DNA of 40,016 nt from positions 1-40,016 of the IMG/VR virus record IMGVR_UViG_3300032261_000031; one strand, given 5' to 3'. This document shows, piece by piece, positions 1 to 7,992 of this stretch. A program made the position numbers and the translations under genes. Under the pieces are notes generated by a model. That model was not told the DNA's origin, searched no databases, and saw only the letters and a list, made by a program, of their open reading frames with translations. The stretch comes from a virus (Duplodnaviria; Caudoviricetes). Positions within the stretch are counted from its first letter, which is position 1; each line of letters opens with the position of its first letter.

Positions 1-202
1 GAAACTCAGAACAGCGGCGACGGCCTTTTGCGTTAGCTTACCTAACCCACCCGCAAATGATAGCGTAGCCGCCAACGCCTGCGCGTAATGATGAAACCCG
101 GCGGTGACAAGTGCTCCGGTGAATGAGAGTGTCGCTGTTAATGCCAGCGTCGAGTGGTGAACGGCGGCGGTCGCCATCGCACCGACAAACGAAAGCGTGG
201 CA
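1..202. repeat. Terminal overlap, copy A (near-identical to 39815-40016)
   Basis: Direct comparison: 1-40 identical, 10 mismatches within 41-75, and 76-202 (127 nt) identical to the window end. Implies a circular or terminally redundant genome of about 39,814 bp. Confidence 0.95.
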
Positions 203-900
203 GCAAAGCTTGACTTGACCGTTGTCTTGAAAAGCGCGCCGGAATCGGACAGCGTTGCGGTGATACTTTTGGAAATCTTGCGCGTCTGCGCACTGACGAA
301 GCTTAACGTTGCCGTGATGCCGTGAGATGTTTGTCTGATGAGCGCGCCGAGAAAACTGAGTGTGGCGGCGAACGCTTTATTGATTTGCTTCGTCAACGCG
401 CCGACGAACGAAAGCGTTGCGCTTAGTCCGTGAGCGATCCGGCGAGCAAGCGCGCTGACGAAAGAGAGCGTTGCGGTCAACGTTCTGCCGGTTTGCTTAA
501 CGAGCACCGCCGAGTCGGTCAGCGTGGCGGCGAGCGCGAGAAAATGGAGTGCGCCGCGCGCGAGCGCGCCGACAAATGAGAGCGTCGCTGCGAACGCGCT
601 CTTGATCACGCTTTTTGTGATCGCGCCGACGAAAGAAAGCGTGGCCGTCAAACCGTGCGCGATTGCTCGCGAGATCGCGCCCGTGAAACTGAGCGTTGCC
701 GTGCTCAAGTGCTTTGTCAGGAGCGTGATCGCTCCGACAAATGACAGCGTTGCCGTCATCAGATGATTGGTTCGAATCGCCTCGGCGCTCACGAAGTTGA
801 ACGTTGCCGCGAATGTTTGCGTATACTGCTGCGCCGCTGCGGCGAGCATTGGCGGCTTGAGCCGCCTCGGAATCGGAAATACTCTACCCCATCTAGCCAT
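1..900 (-). CDS. N-terminal part of an ~554-aa protein with 18-aa repeats (ATLSFVGA...), putative virion fibre; continues across the junction into 39814-39050
   Basis: ATG at 900 with TAAGGAG upstream. No stop from 900 to 1 in this frame (checked codon by codon). In frame with ORF 39050-39991. Missing from the ORF track because it runs off the contig end. Confidence 0.85.
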   Translation of the reverse strand, partial: MARWGRVFPIPRRLKPPMLAAAAQQYTQTFAATFNFVSAEAIRTNHLMTATLSFVGAITLLTKHLSTATLSFTGAISRAIAHGLTATLSFVGAITKSVIKSAFAATLSFVGALARGALHFLALAATLTDSAVLVKQTGRTLTATLSFVSALARRIAHGLSATLSFVGALTKQINKAFAATLSFLGALIRQTSHGITATLSFVSAQTRKISKSITATLSDSGALFKTTVKSSFAATLSFVGAMATAAVHHSTLALTATLSFTGALVTAGFHHYAQALAATLSFAGGLGKLTQKAVAAVLSF

Positions 901-917
901 ATTTCCCTACTCCTTAC

Positions 918-1625
918 TTAAAAGAATGATGCGCGTTTGATTGCTTGGTTGACTGACAGTGTCATACCGACCGGAGAGGGTGAGACTTTGAACGAAGCCC
1001 CTACTCCTTGCAGTGTGGAAATGTTGGTCGTGACCGAAGCGGTTGATACCACCGTGTCTGCTCCCGAATTTGACGTCGTGCCAGTCGCGTAACCAAACGC
1101 CCAATGCGTTGTAGAACTACTCCCGTTGTTACTTCCCGCTGCGGTGAAGGTTGCGTTGTTGGATGTAAATGTGCAATTCCCCGTATTGCTAGAAGTGTAA
1201 GACAAATACGATGCCCCAAGCAGCAACTCCCCGACCGTAGCGTCTGCTGCCGCGAGCGTGACAGTAAGCGGGGAAGTCGCCCCGTTTCCAGAGCCAGTCT
1301 GATCTTGCGGCGAAGCTGTGTTTCCGGAAAATTCTGCTAACTGCGCGTTTATGGTCGCGCCGGTAACTCCCGCAAAAGTCGGAGCGGAGTCGCTACCAGC
1401 CGCTACTTTGTAGAATATGGCCGGGAAGAGCGTTGTTCCGGCCGAGACGGCTTTCGTCCATCCCGAAGGGGTAGCAGTAAGAACCGTTCCTGATGACTGA
1501 AAAACGAAAGCGACGAGTAGGTTGTTTGCATTCCTATTCTCGTTCGTGCCCCATGCGGGAGTGACACTCGCGCTAAGAGACCCGGTCGAGACTGCTCCTA
1601 TCGTGCCTACAAGTGCGTAAGCCAT
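918..1625 (-). CDS. Ser/Thr/Ala/Gly-rich beta-type protein, putative accessory virion or receptor-binding module
   Basis: 235-aa ORF tightly packed in the minus-strand structural operon. Composition fits a virion beta-sandwich. Codon usage is visibly more AT-rich than the core genes. Confidence 0.6.
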   Translation of the reverse strand: MAYALVGTIGAVSTGSLSASVTPAWGTNENRNANNLLVAFVFQSSGTVLTATPSGWTKAVSAGTTLFPAIFYKVAAGSDSAPTFAGVTGATINAQLAEFSGNTASPQDQTGSGNGATSPLTVTLAAADATVGELLLGASYLSYTSSNTGNCTFTSNNATFTAAGSNNGSSSTTHWAFGYATGTTSNSGADTVVSTASVTTNISTLQGVGASFKVSPSPVGMTLSVNQAIKRASFF

Positions 1626-1632
1626 CTAAGAA

Positions 1633-2121
1633 TTACTCTTCCCAAATGATGTAGCAATAAGCGTTGACCGCAGCAGCCGCCGTTACGCGGATTCGCAAGA
1701 ACTTGGAAATCGGCACTTCCGGCTCGCGTCCGAGCGGAAACTGTTTGAGATATTGATTCGTCGGCGCGACAAATTGAACGTCGAACATTCTTGTTGCCGT
1801 GATCGTTCCCTCGGCGGTCGCCGAGTGTCCGGTCGCGGACGCGCCGCCGACGCAGAGCGACGCGGGCGCGTTCGGGTCGCCCCACAACGTCGGCGTAACC
1901 GACGTGACTGTAGCCGCGACATCAGTTTGGAGAAACTCGACTTTGATCGGTGTCGCCGCCGCGCTGCCGTCGAACGAAATGCCCCACTCAGCGATAATGA
2001 TGCCGGTTGTCGCGGGAGTCGCGACTTGGAGCATTGATTTGATCGTTGTGCCGGTCGTGACCGCGACTTGCGCGGCTGTCGTCGGAGATACGCCGTTGGC
2101 CGCGAAGTAAAGCTTTCTCAA
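1633..2121 (-). CDS. Putative virion structural protein
   Basis: 162 aa, TTG start with GGAGGT just upstream. Beta-rich (EWGISFDG...SKFLRIRV), in operon context. Confidence 0.6.
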   Translation of the reverse strand: MRKLYFAANGVSPTTAAQVAVTTGTTIKSMLQVATPATTGIIIAEWGISFDGSAAATPIKVEFLQTDVAATVTSVTPTLWGDPNAPASLCVGGASATGHSATAEGTITATRMFDVQFVAPTNQYLKQFPLGREPEVPISKFLRIRVTAAAAVNAYCYIIWEE

Positions 2122-2147
2122 CTGCTTAACCTCCGCTCGCGATGGTC

Positions 2148-2654
2148 TCAGATCGAGACTGAAATAATGTTGGTTGAACCGCAGTCAGCGCACTTTTGCA
2201 CTTTGCCCTTGCCGTGTTTGCCGGTGCGAAGTTGTAAGTTTTCAAGTCGGTTGTCTCCTTTGTTGCCGTTGATGTGATGAACCGTTTCGTGAGGTTCAAG
2301 ATAGCGTTCCAGATGTTTTTCCATGACAAGACGGTGCTCCTTATATTGGCCGCTCTTATAAGCATTCGGATGGTCGGGCGCATAAACGAGGATGTAACCT
2401 TCTGCATCCTTGCGCCGATATTCGCCAGCATCTCGGTAACATTTCCGAGAGCAATATTTTTGAGTTGTGTTATTGACGGGACGAAAAATAACGCCGCAGA
2501 AAGCACACTTAGACTCGGCTCTGCTAGGTTGCCTACCTTTTGGTGCGCATTGCCTAGAACAAAATCGACTCGGTCTATTCTTTTTCCACGGGTGATATTT
2601 TTGACCACACTTTTCGCAAGTTCTCGTGACACTTGGTGCTCTTCCTTTAGCCAT
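2148..2654 (-). CDS. HNH homing endonuclease (HNH_3 type) with Cys-rich zinc-binding repeats
   Basis: EHRLVMEKHLERYLEPHETVHHINGNKGDNRLENL motif, CxxC...FCSRQC and YCSRKC repeats, lower GC than neighbours. Confidence 0.9.
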   Translation of the reverse strand: MAKGRAPSVTRTCEKCGQKYHPWKKNRPSRFCSRQCAPKGRQPSRAESKCAFCGVIFRPVNNTTQKYCSRKCYRDAGEYRRKDAEGYILVYAPDHPNAYKSGQYKEHRLVMEKHLERYLEPHETVHHINGNKGDNRLENLQLRTGKHGKGKVQKCADCGSTNIISVSI

Positions 2655-2691
2655 AATTGACCGAATAACATAGCTAACCCCCTAAGTCAAC

Positions 2692-3537
2692 TCACCCGCC
2701 CGATGCGATCGTCAGAGAATATGTGAACTGAATGGAGTCGCCCGAGTTGACTCCGATGCCGGTGAACTGCCGATGGTCCCACATGATCGGACGGATTAGA
2801 TAGGTGTCAGCGTTAACCGGCGCGGTCCCGGCGAGACCGGTCGCGGTCAAATACCACGCCGGAACGGTGATAACGCTGGTTGTGTTCGACGTGACAAGCC
2901 CCCACGATACGCGCGTCGCGTTCGTGTTGTCAAAGATCGACATCTGCTGACCCATGACGGTCGCGCTCGACGCCGTCAGCGTTGTGCCTGTCGTCGTGCC
3001 GGTCGTCGCGGTTCCGGCGGTGAAGGGCGAGCCGGTCGCGTCCGTGAGCGCGGTGGCAGCGGGCAATGTGCTGCCGTAAGAGAACAGTCCCCACTCTTGG
3101 ACAGTCTCGGTGCCCGTGTAATTGATGGTCGCGACCGTTTGATATTTCTGCAGGTTCGCCGCCGAGACCAAGACTTGCGTTCCGGCGACCGGCGTTTGTC
3201 CACCGAAGCCGGACGGCGTGTTGAGCTTGATGTCGGTCGCCGCCGCGGCGGTCGCGCTGGTCCCAGACGCATGATACTTCATCTTGGCGAAGAGCGAGTT
3301 GAGCGCGTTGGTCGCGGACCACAACGCATCGTTGGCGAGGGCAAGCGCGCCGACGTTGGTCGTGAGTCCGCTTCCAAGATCGCGCTCTTCCGCGAATCGC
3401 TCGTAAGGGCGAAAGATTTTTGCGTTCAAGTTCGAGTAGAAGACGATGCCGCCGGGAAAGCGTGATGCTTCGCCGTCGTAGTCCGGCACGATCGCGATGC
3501 GCCCGAAGTAGGGCAGTTTGATTATCAATGGTTTCAT
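2692..3537 (-). CDS. Putative tail-fibre/collar-type structural protein
   Basis: 281 aa, Thr/Gly-rich. TVQEWGLF and GDSIQFTYSL motifs resemble the N-terminal attachment domain of phage tail-collar fibres. Confidence 0.6.
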   Translation of the reverse strand: MKPLIIKLPYFGRIAIVPDYDGEASRFPGGIVFYSNLNAKIFRPYERFAEERDLGSGLTTNVGALALANDALWSATNALNSLFAKMKYHASGTSATAAAATDIKLNTPSGFGGQTPVAGTQVLVSAANLQKYQTVATINYTGTETVQEWGLFSYGSTLPAATALTDATGSPFTAGTATTGTTTGTTLTASSATVMGQQMSIFDNTNATRVSWGLVTSNTTSVITVPAWYLTATGLAGTAPVNADTYLIRPIMWDHRQFTGIGVNSGDSIQFTYSLTIASGG

Positions 3538-3650
3538 TTTTGTTTTTCCTTCTTTGCTTTGATCAGTTTGGCGCTGAGATCGCCTCTGAAAGCTAATCGC
3601 GATCCTTCTTTGAAGATCACGGACAAAAGTTTGCGAATAAAATTGTTCAT
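3534..3650 (-). CDS. 38-aa microprotein (MNNFIRKLLSVIFKEGSRLAFRGDLSAKLIKAKKEKQK)
   Basis: Fills the gap exactly, with ATGA stop/start overlaps to both neighbours. Confidence 0.6.
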   Translation of the reverse strand: MNNFIRKLLSVIFKEGSRLAFRGDLSAKLIKAKKEKQK

Positions 3651-4282
3651 CCCCAGATAAATTGAACCATCCCGTTTGCCCCGGCGGCGCCGCCGCCGCC
3701 GATGGAGTTCACGTTTGCGCCACCGCCACCGCCGGGCGCAGTTCCTGCCTGAGGCGGTGTCGACGGCAAAACGAAGCTCGCGCCGCCCGCGCCGCCGTCA
3801 GGCGATGCGCCAGCACCACCGGTCGCGCCAACAGAATTGTTGCCAGCGTTGTTGACCGAGCCGCCCGTGCCAGCAGTGCCGCCTATGCCGGGCGTGTTCG
3901 ATTGGCCGCCGCCCCCGCCACCGACGTTCGCGATGTTGACGAGCTGTCCGCTGCCTCCCGCGCTCGACGCGACGCCGGGGCTGCCGTTGGTCGAACCGAC
4001 CGAACCGGCACCGCCCGCGCCGACCGACCACGAAACCGTGCCCGCCCCAAATCCTCCCGGTCCCGAGTAAACCGTGACGTAACTCTCGGCACCGCCACCG
4101 CCGCCGTTTGGATTATTCGCGCCGAGAAATTGCGAGCCGCCACCGCCTCCTCCGACGACTTTCACGGTCAAGACGGTTGAGAGCGCCGGAATCGTTTCCG
4201 TGCCGCTGCCGCTGGTATAAGTATCGGTCAGCCCGGCGAACCCGGCTTCACCCACTCCTGCAACAGCGAGCGCAGTGGTCAT
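3647..4282 (-). CDS. Glycine-rich tail-fibre-associated protein
   Basis: VVGGGGGG...VGAGGAG...APGGGGG...GANGMV pattern typical of phage Gly-rich fibre domains. Confidence 0.75.
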   Translation of the reverse strand: MTTALAVAGVGEAGFAGLTDTYTSGSGTETIPALSTVLTVKVVGGGGGGSQFLGANNPNGGGGGAESYVTVYSGPGGFGAGTVSWSVGAGGAGSVGSTNGSPGVASSAGGSGQLVNIANVGGGGGGQSNTPGIGGTAGTGGSVNNAGNNSVGATGGAGASPDGGAGGASFVLPSTPPQAGTAPGGGGGANVNSIGGGGAAGANGMVQFIWG

Positions 4283-4662
4283 TGGTAATAAATGTTTATG
4301 TTGAGATCGTCCGCAGCCACTGGCGCGGAGCTATTGTCCGGCAATCCGACGACGGTCGTGATTGCGATCCCGGTCGTGTGCGCGATCCCTATCGGGAAGA
4401 AGACATTGGCCGCGCTCAATCCGGGCAAGACAAGCGTGTAGTATATGCCAGCACCGGCGGTCGGCGTAGCAGCAGAATTGTGAAAACATAACTTACGCGC
4501 AGCAGAATTAGAGTTGTAAACATACCATCCGTAGACTTGGCCCGGCGAGTTCTTGATCACGTTCTGGTTCGTCGAGGCCGCCGATTCCAGATGAAAAGTC
4601 AAACAGCCGCCAGCGACCGGCGCGGTCGTGATGAAAATTCCTTTGGTGATCGTGCTAGGCAT
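4279..4662 (-). CDS. Small beta-rich virion protein (decoration/spike-like)
   Basis: Likely start ATG 4662 (MPSTITKG...), overlapping the upstream gene end. VIKNSPGQVYGWYVYN beta pattern. Confidence 0.6.
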   Translation of the reverse strand: MPSTITKGIFITTAPVAGGCLTFHLESAASTNQNVIKNSPGQVYGWYVYNSNSAARKLCFHNSAATPTAGAGIYYTLVLPGLSAANVFFPIGIAHTTGIAITTVVGLPDNSSAPVAADDLNINIYYQ

Positions 4663-5422
4663 AGAAGTGCGCGTCCTGCAGATACCAAGTCGTCCCGGTG
4701 TAACCGCAGACGACGACGATGTTGGTCTGCGTGTGGTCGCAATCCCATTCAAACAACAGCGTGCCGCCGGTCGAGGTGTCGAAGATTTGCACAATCGTCG
4801 AAACGCAGGCCGCGCTGACGTTCAAGTAAATCGAGTTCACGTCCCCAGCGGAGATGTTGGCGTGCGGGAGGGAAAACGTGCAAGTGCCGCTCGCCGCGGT
4901 CACGGTTATGTTGGTCAACTGCGTTGCGAGCGCGCCCTGCGTCGAGTTGGTGTTCCCAGCCGCGCTCATCGTGACCGCCTGATACGAGTTGCCGACGGCG
5001 CTGATCCCGAGCGCAACTATGTTCCAGCGCGACACGCCGTCGGAAGCGATGAGGAGCGATTGATACGCCTGCGCGAGAACGTAACTGGTCGCGCCCGCAA
5101 TCGTGTCCGTCCCATTGCGCGCGACAGTGATCGAGTTTGTTCCGGTCAAGGTTCCGATGGCATCGACCACGCGCAGGATCCGCCCGGCGCCGTAGCTCGC
5201 GGCGGTCGGCAGCGTCCACGTCCACGCCTGGGTGAACGCAACGGTCGTGTAAACGAGCACGTCGGTGGGTTGCATCGCGTAAGCGGCGTTGCCCACCCCG
5301 GTCGGTTTCCAGAGCAAACTGATCGTCGATTGTTTGCTGGTGGCCGCTTGCGTTACGGCAAAAATATCGCTCTGACCTAAGGTCGAGGCAGACGGGAGCG
5401 CGGAGAATTTGACGTTGGCCAT
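4655..5422 (-). CDS. Tail fibre-like protein
   Basis: N-terminus MANVKFSALPSASTL...DIFAVTQ is typical of phage fibre attachment segments. TWTLPTAA...ITVARNGTDTI...LIASDGVSRW resembles T4 gp9/gp10-like repeat domains. Confidence 0.7.
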   Translation of the reverse strand: MANVKFSALPSASTLGQSDIFAVTQAATSKQSTISLLWKPTGVGNAAYAMQPTDVLVYTTVAFTQAWTWTLPTAASYGAGRILRVVDAIGTLTGTNSITVARNGTDTIAGATSYVLAQAYQSLLIASDGVSRWNIVALGISAVGNSYQAVTMSAAGNTNSTQGALATQLTNITVTAASGTCTFSLPHANISAGDVNSIYLNVSAACVSTIVQIFDTSTGGTLLFEWDCDHTQTNIVVVCGYTGTTWYLQDAHFYA

Positions 5423-5503
5423 CGCGTGGAACTCCGCTTTGGTTGATAAGCGCGAACCGTTCGCTTGTCAATTTCCGGCGCCGGTTTTATGGTCGGGATC
5501 GAG

Positions 5504-6019
5504 ATGCAGGTCGAGATCAAGTGCGCGCACGACGAGATCGTTCCGCTCGCGGACCTGCGTCCCAACCCGCGCAACCCCAACACCCACCCGGCCGACCAGA
5601 TCGCGCTCCTGGCCAAGATCATCGCCGCGCAAGGCTGGCGAAACCCGATAGTCGTCTCCAGCCGAAGCGGGCTCATCACCAAAGGCCACGCCAGGCTCGA
5701 GGCCGCCCGGCTGATCGGCGCCGAGACCGCCCCGGTCGACCGCCAGGATTACGCGACCGAGCAGGACGAGGTGGCCGACATGATCGCCGACAATCGCATC
5801 GCCGAGCTGGCCGAGCTCGACCGCTCGATGCTGCGCGGGCTGGTCGAGGAGCTCGACACCGGGGCCTTCGACATGGACCTGACCGGGTTCAGCCACGCCG
5901 CTCTGGAGGAGCTGATGACAGCGGCCCCGCCGGAGAGCTTCGCCGCGCTCGGGGACGACCTCGACGTCGACCATCGCTGCCCGAAATGCGGCTATCGTTG
6001 GAGCGGGAGGCCGGCGTGA
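5504..6019 (+). CDS. ParB/Srx-like N-terminal domain protein with C-terminal zinc ribbon
   Basis: LRPNPRNPNTH, GWRNPIVV, GHARLEAA, IADNRIAE and CPKCGYRW motifs. Typical partner of phage DNA methyltransferases near terminase. Start could be 5489 or 5504. Confidence 0.9.
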   Translation: MQVEIKCAHDEIVPLADLRPNPRNPNTHPADQIALLAKIIAAQGWRNPIVVSSRSGLITKGHARLEAARLIGAETAPVDRQDYATEQDEVADMIADNRIAELAELDRSMLRGLVEELDTGAFDMDLTGFSHAALEELMTAAPPESFAALGDDLDVDHRCPKCGYRWSGRPA

Positions 6020-7062
6020 AGTGGCTGGCGAACTTCCTCAAACCCAGCAAACGGTTCCACAGGCGCTTCAAGTATCACCTGGACGAGCCCTCGCCCGTCG
6101 TGCTCGCGTCCGGCGGGCTGGGCTGGGGCGGCGACGCCTGGTTCATAGCCTCCGACGACCGGGCCTGGCTCAGGCCGGTCAAGGGTTCGAAGCCTCCCTA
6201 CCGCGTCCCGTCGATGGAGGAGATCGCCAGGACGCCTCGCAACGGCTCCAGAATCGCCTCCACGTTCTCCGGGGCCGGGGGGTCCTGCCTGGGATACCGG
6301 ATGGCCGGGTTCGAGGTCCTGTGGGCGAACGAGTTCGTTCCCGGCGCCCAGGAGAGCTATCGCGCCAACATGGAGCCCGGCTGCGTCCTGGACGGCCGCG
6401 ACGTGCGAACGGTCGCCCCGGAGGACGTCTTGGGCGCGCTCGGCCTCGCGAAGGGCGAGCTCGACGTGCTGGACGGTTCGCCGCCGTGCCAGGCTTTCTC
6501 GACCGTGGGCCGCAGGGAGCGCGGCTGGGGCAAGGAAAAGGTTTACGAGCACGGCGCGACCCAACGCAACGAGGATTTGTTCTTCGAATACGCGCGCCTG
6601 TTGCGCGGGCTCATGCCGCGAGCGTTCGTCGCCGAGAACGTGGCGGGCCTGGCCAGGGGCGTCGCCAAGGGCTACTTCCTGGACATCCTGGCCGAGCTCA
6701 AGGCCGCCGGTTACCGCGTGGAGGCCCAGATACTCGACGCGAAGTGGCTCGGCGTCCCGCAATCGCGCAACCGCATCTTCTTCGTCGGCATGCGCGACGA
6801 CCTCGAGTTCACCTTCGAGTTTCCGCGCCCGTTGCCCCACCGCTACTCGATCCTGGACGCGCTCCCGGAGCTCGTCGACGAGCCGAACGGTCCGCCCCGG
6901 AAGCTGACCATCCGCGAGCTCAAGCGCCTGTGCTCGTTCCCGGACGACTTCGCGTTGGCGGGCAGCTACCGGCAGCAATGGGCGCAGCTCGGCAACAGCG
7001 TCCCGCCGACGATGATGTTCCACGTGGCGCGAGCTCTGGCCTCGGCCTTGAAACCCACTTGA
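6016..7062 (+). CDS. DNA (cytosine-5)-methyltransferase
   Basis: Motif I FSGAGG, IV GSPPCQAFS, VI ENV, VIII QSRNRIF, IX RELKRLCSFPD, X LGNSVPP. GTG start overlaps the ParB-like stop. Confidence 0.95.
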   Translation: MKWLANFLKPSKRFHRRFKYHLDEPSPVVLASGGLGWGGDAWFIASDDRAWLRPVKGSKPPYRVPSMEEIARTPRNGSRIASTFSGAGGSCLGYRMAGFEVLWANEFVPGAQESYRANMEPGCVLDGRDVRTVAPEDVLGALGLAKGELDVLDGSPPCQAFSTVGRRERGWGKEKVYEHGATQRNEDLFFEYARLLRGLMPRAFVAENVAGLARGVAKGYFLDILAELKAAGYRVEAQILDAKWLGVPQSRNRIFFVGMRDDLEFTFEFPRPLPHRYSILDALPELVDEPNGPPRKLTIRELKRLCSFPDDFALAGSYRQQWAQLGNSVPPTMMFHVARALASALKPT

Positions 7063-7118
7063 CAGCGTCGCGCGCAAGTGCGAGAAGGCAATCTCGGGGA
7101 AAGGAGTTTCCAAAAACC

Positions 7119-7337
7119 ATGAGAGGCGAACCGCCACCGAAGAATCTGCCCGAACCGCCGAAAGGCGACGAACAACCGGCGAGCGCCGACGGCTTCGCGA
7201 AGACGCCCGCCCGCCGCACCGCCGCCGAGCACGCCCGCCAACTCGACTTGCCCAAGGAAGGCGATCACGGCACATCGACCGCGATGACCTACGACGAGGA
7301 AGCGCACGAGCCAGCCGGCCCGGAGGAGAAAGAATGA
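7119..7337 (+). CDS. Hypothetical disordered protein (72 aa)
   Basis: AAGGAG upstream of ATG 7119; ATGA overlap with the next ORF. Confidence 0.55.
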   Translation: MRGEPPPKNLPEPPKGDEQPASADGFAKTPARRTAAEHARQLDLPKEGDHGTSTAMTYDEEAHEPAGPEEKE

Positions 7338-7546
7338 GATCCCCGCCGCAACCCCAGCCGAAAGGTCCGCCCGACGGGTTCTCCAAAGGACCGCACCGCG
7401 TCGAAGACTCGAAGGTCCACGCGACCCAAAGAGGAATCGCGCACCCGGACAGCGCGGCCAACGCGCGCCCGCACGGCACGATGTATCCGACCAAGATGCC
7501 GGTGATGACCGGCAAGCCGATGGTTAACGTCTCCCGCAACCGATAA
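7334..7546 (+). CDS. Hypothetical protein (70 aa)
   Basis: GGAGG upstream; packed between 7119-7337 and the TerS-like gene. Confidence 0.55.
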   Translation: MRSPPQPQPKGPPDGFSKGPHRVEDSKVHATQRGIAHPDSAANARPHGTMYPTKMPVMTGKPMVNVSRNR

Positions 7547-7551
7547 AGAAA

Positions 7552-7992
7552 ATGCAGGACGATGGCGCATCGCCGCGAGCGACGCCGCACCTAACAGCGG
7601 CTCAGCAACCGCGCGAAGACGGACGCCCCGTCGGGATCCCGTTTCGCAAGGGCGACCCGCGCATAAACCGCAAGGGCCGGGCGCGCACGTTCGAGCAGTT
7701 CCGCACCTTGGCGCAACGGATCGCGGCCAAGGAGATCGGCGACGGCGCGGGCAACTTGATCACGGTCGGCGAAGCGATCCTGCGGACGTGGGCGAAGTCC
7801 AAGGAGCCGGTGCTGCAAAAGGCTTTCATCGAATACGCGTTCGGGAAGGTGCCGGACAAGCTGGACACGCTCGGGCAGCTCGAACCCAAGACGACTTTGA
7901 TTTTGCATTATGGTCACGAGAAGGAAAAACGCGACGCGGAGCATCGAAGGCTTTCTGCCGAAGTTCCACCCGGCGCAGATCGAGATAGCTGA
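7552..7992 (+). CDS. Terminase small subunit-like protein (DUF5681-type N-terminus)
   Basis: PFRKGDPRINRKGR motif and IEYAFGK; immediately upstream of the large terminase. Confidence 0.7.
   Translation: MQDDGASPRATPHLTAAQQPREDGRPVGIPFRKGDPRINRKGRARTFEQFRTLAQRIAAKEIGDGAGNLITVGEAILRTWAKSKEPVLQKAFIEYAFGKVPDKLDTLGQLEPKTTLILHYGHEKEKRDAEHRRLSAEVPPGADRDS

Noticed and set aside
1-202. Diversity-generating retroelement TR/VR pair
   Set aside because: Mismatches are not adenine-specific, are mostly synonymous, and no reverse transcriptase gene is present.
2126-2671. 181-aa alternative-frame ORF over the HNH gene
   Set aside because: Shadow frame. Only its last residues (TIASGG) are meaningful, as the duplicated gene tail.
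5443-6015. N-terminal extension making the methyltransferase 539 aa
   Set aside because: Arg/Pro-rich shadow of the ParB-like gene; GTG 6016 is the plausible start. The same applies to the long extensions of ORFs 8773, 12930, 16406, 36245 and 37078.
5504-6019. Plasmid partition system implying a plasmid prophage
   Set aside because: Only a ParB N-terminal domain of the methylase-associated type; no ParA or parS array seen.
7059-7090. Sigma70 promoter at TTGACA 7059
   Set aside because: Perfect -35 but no credible -10 at 16-18 bp; unsupported without TSS data.
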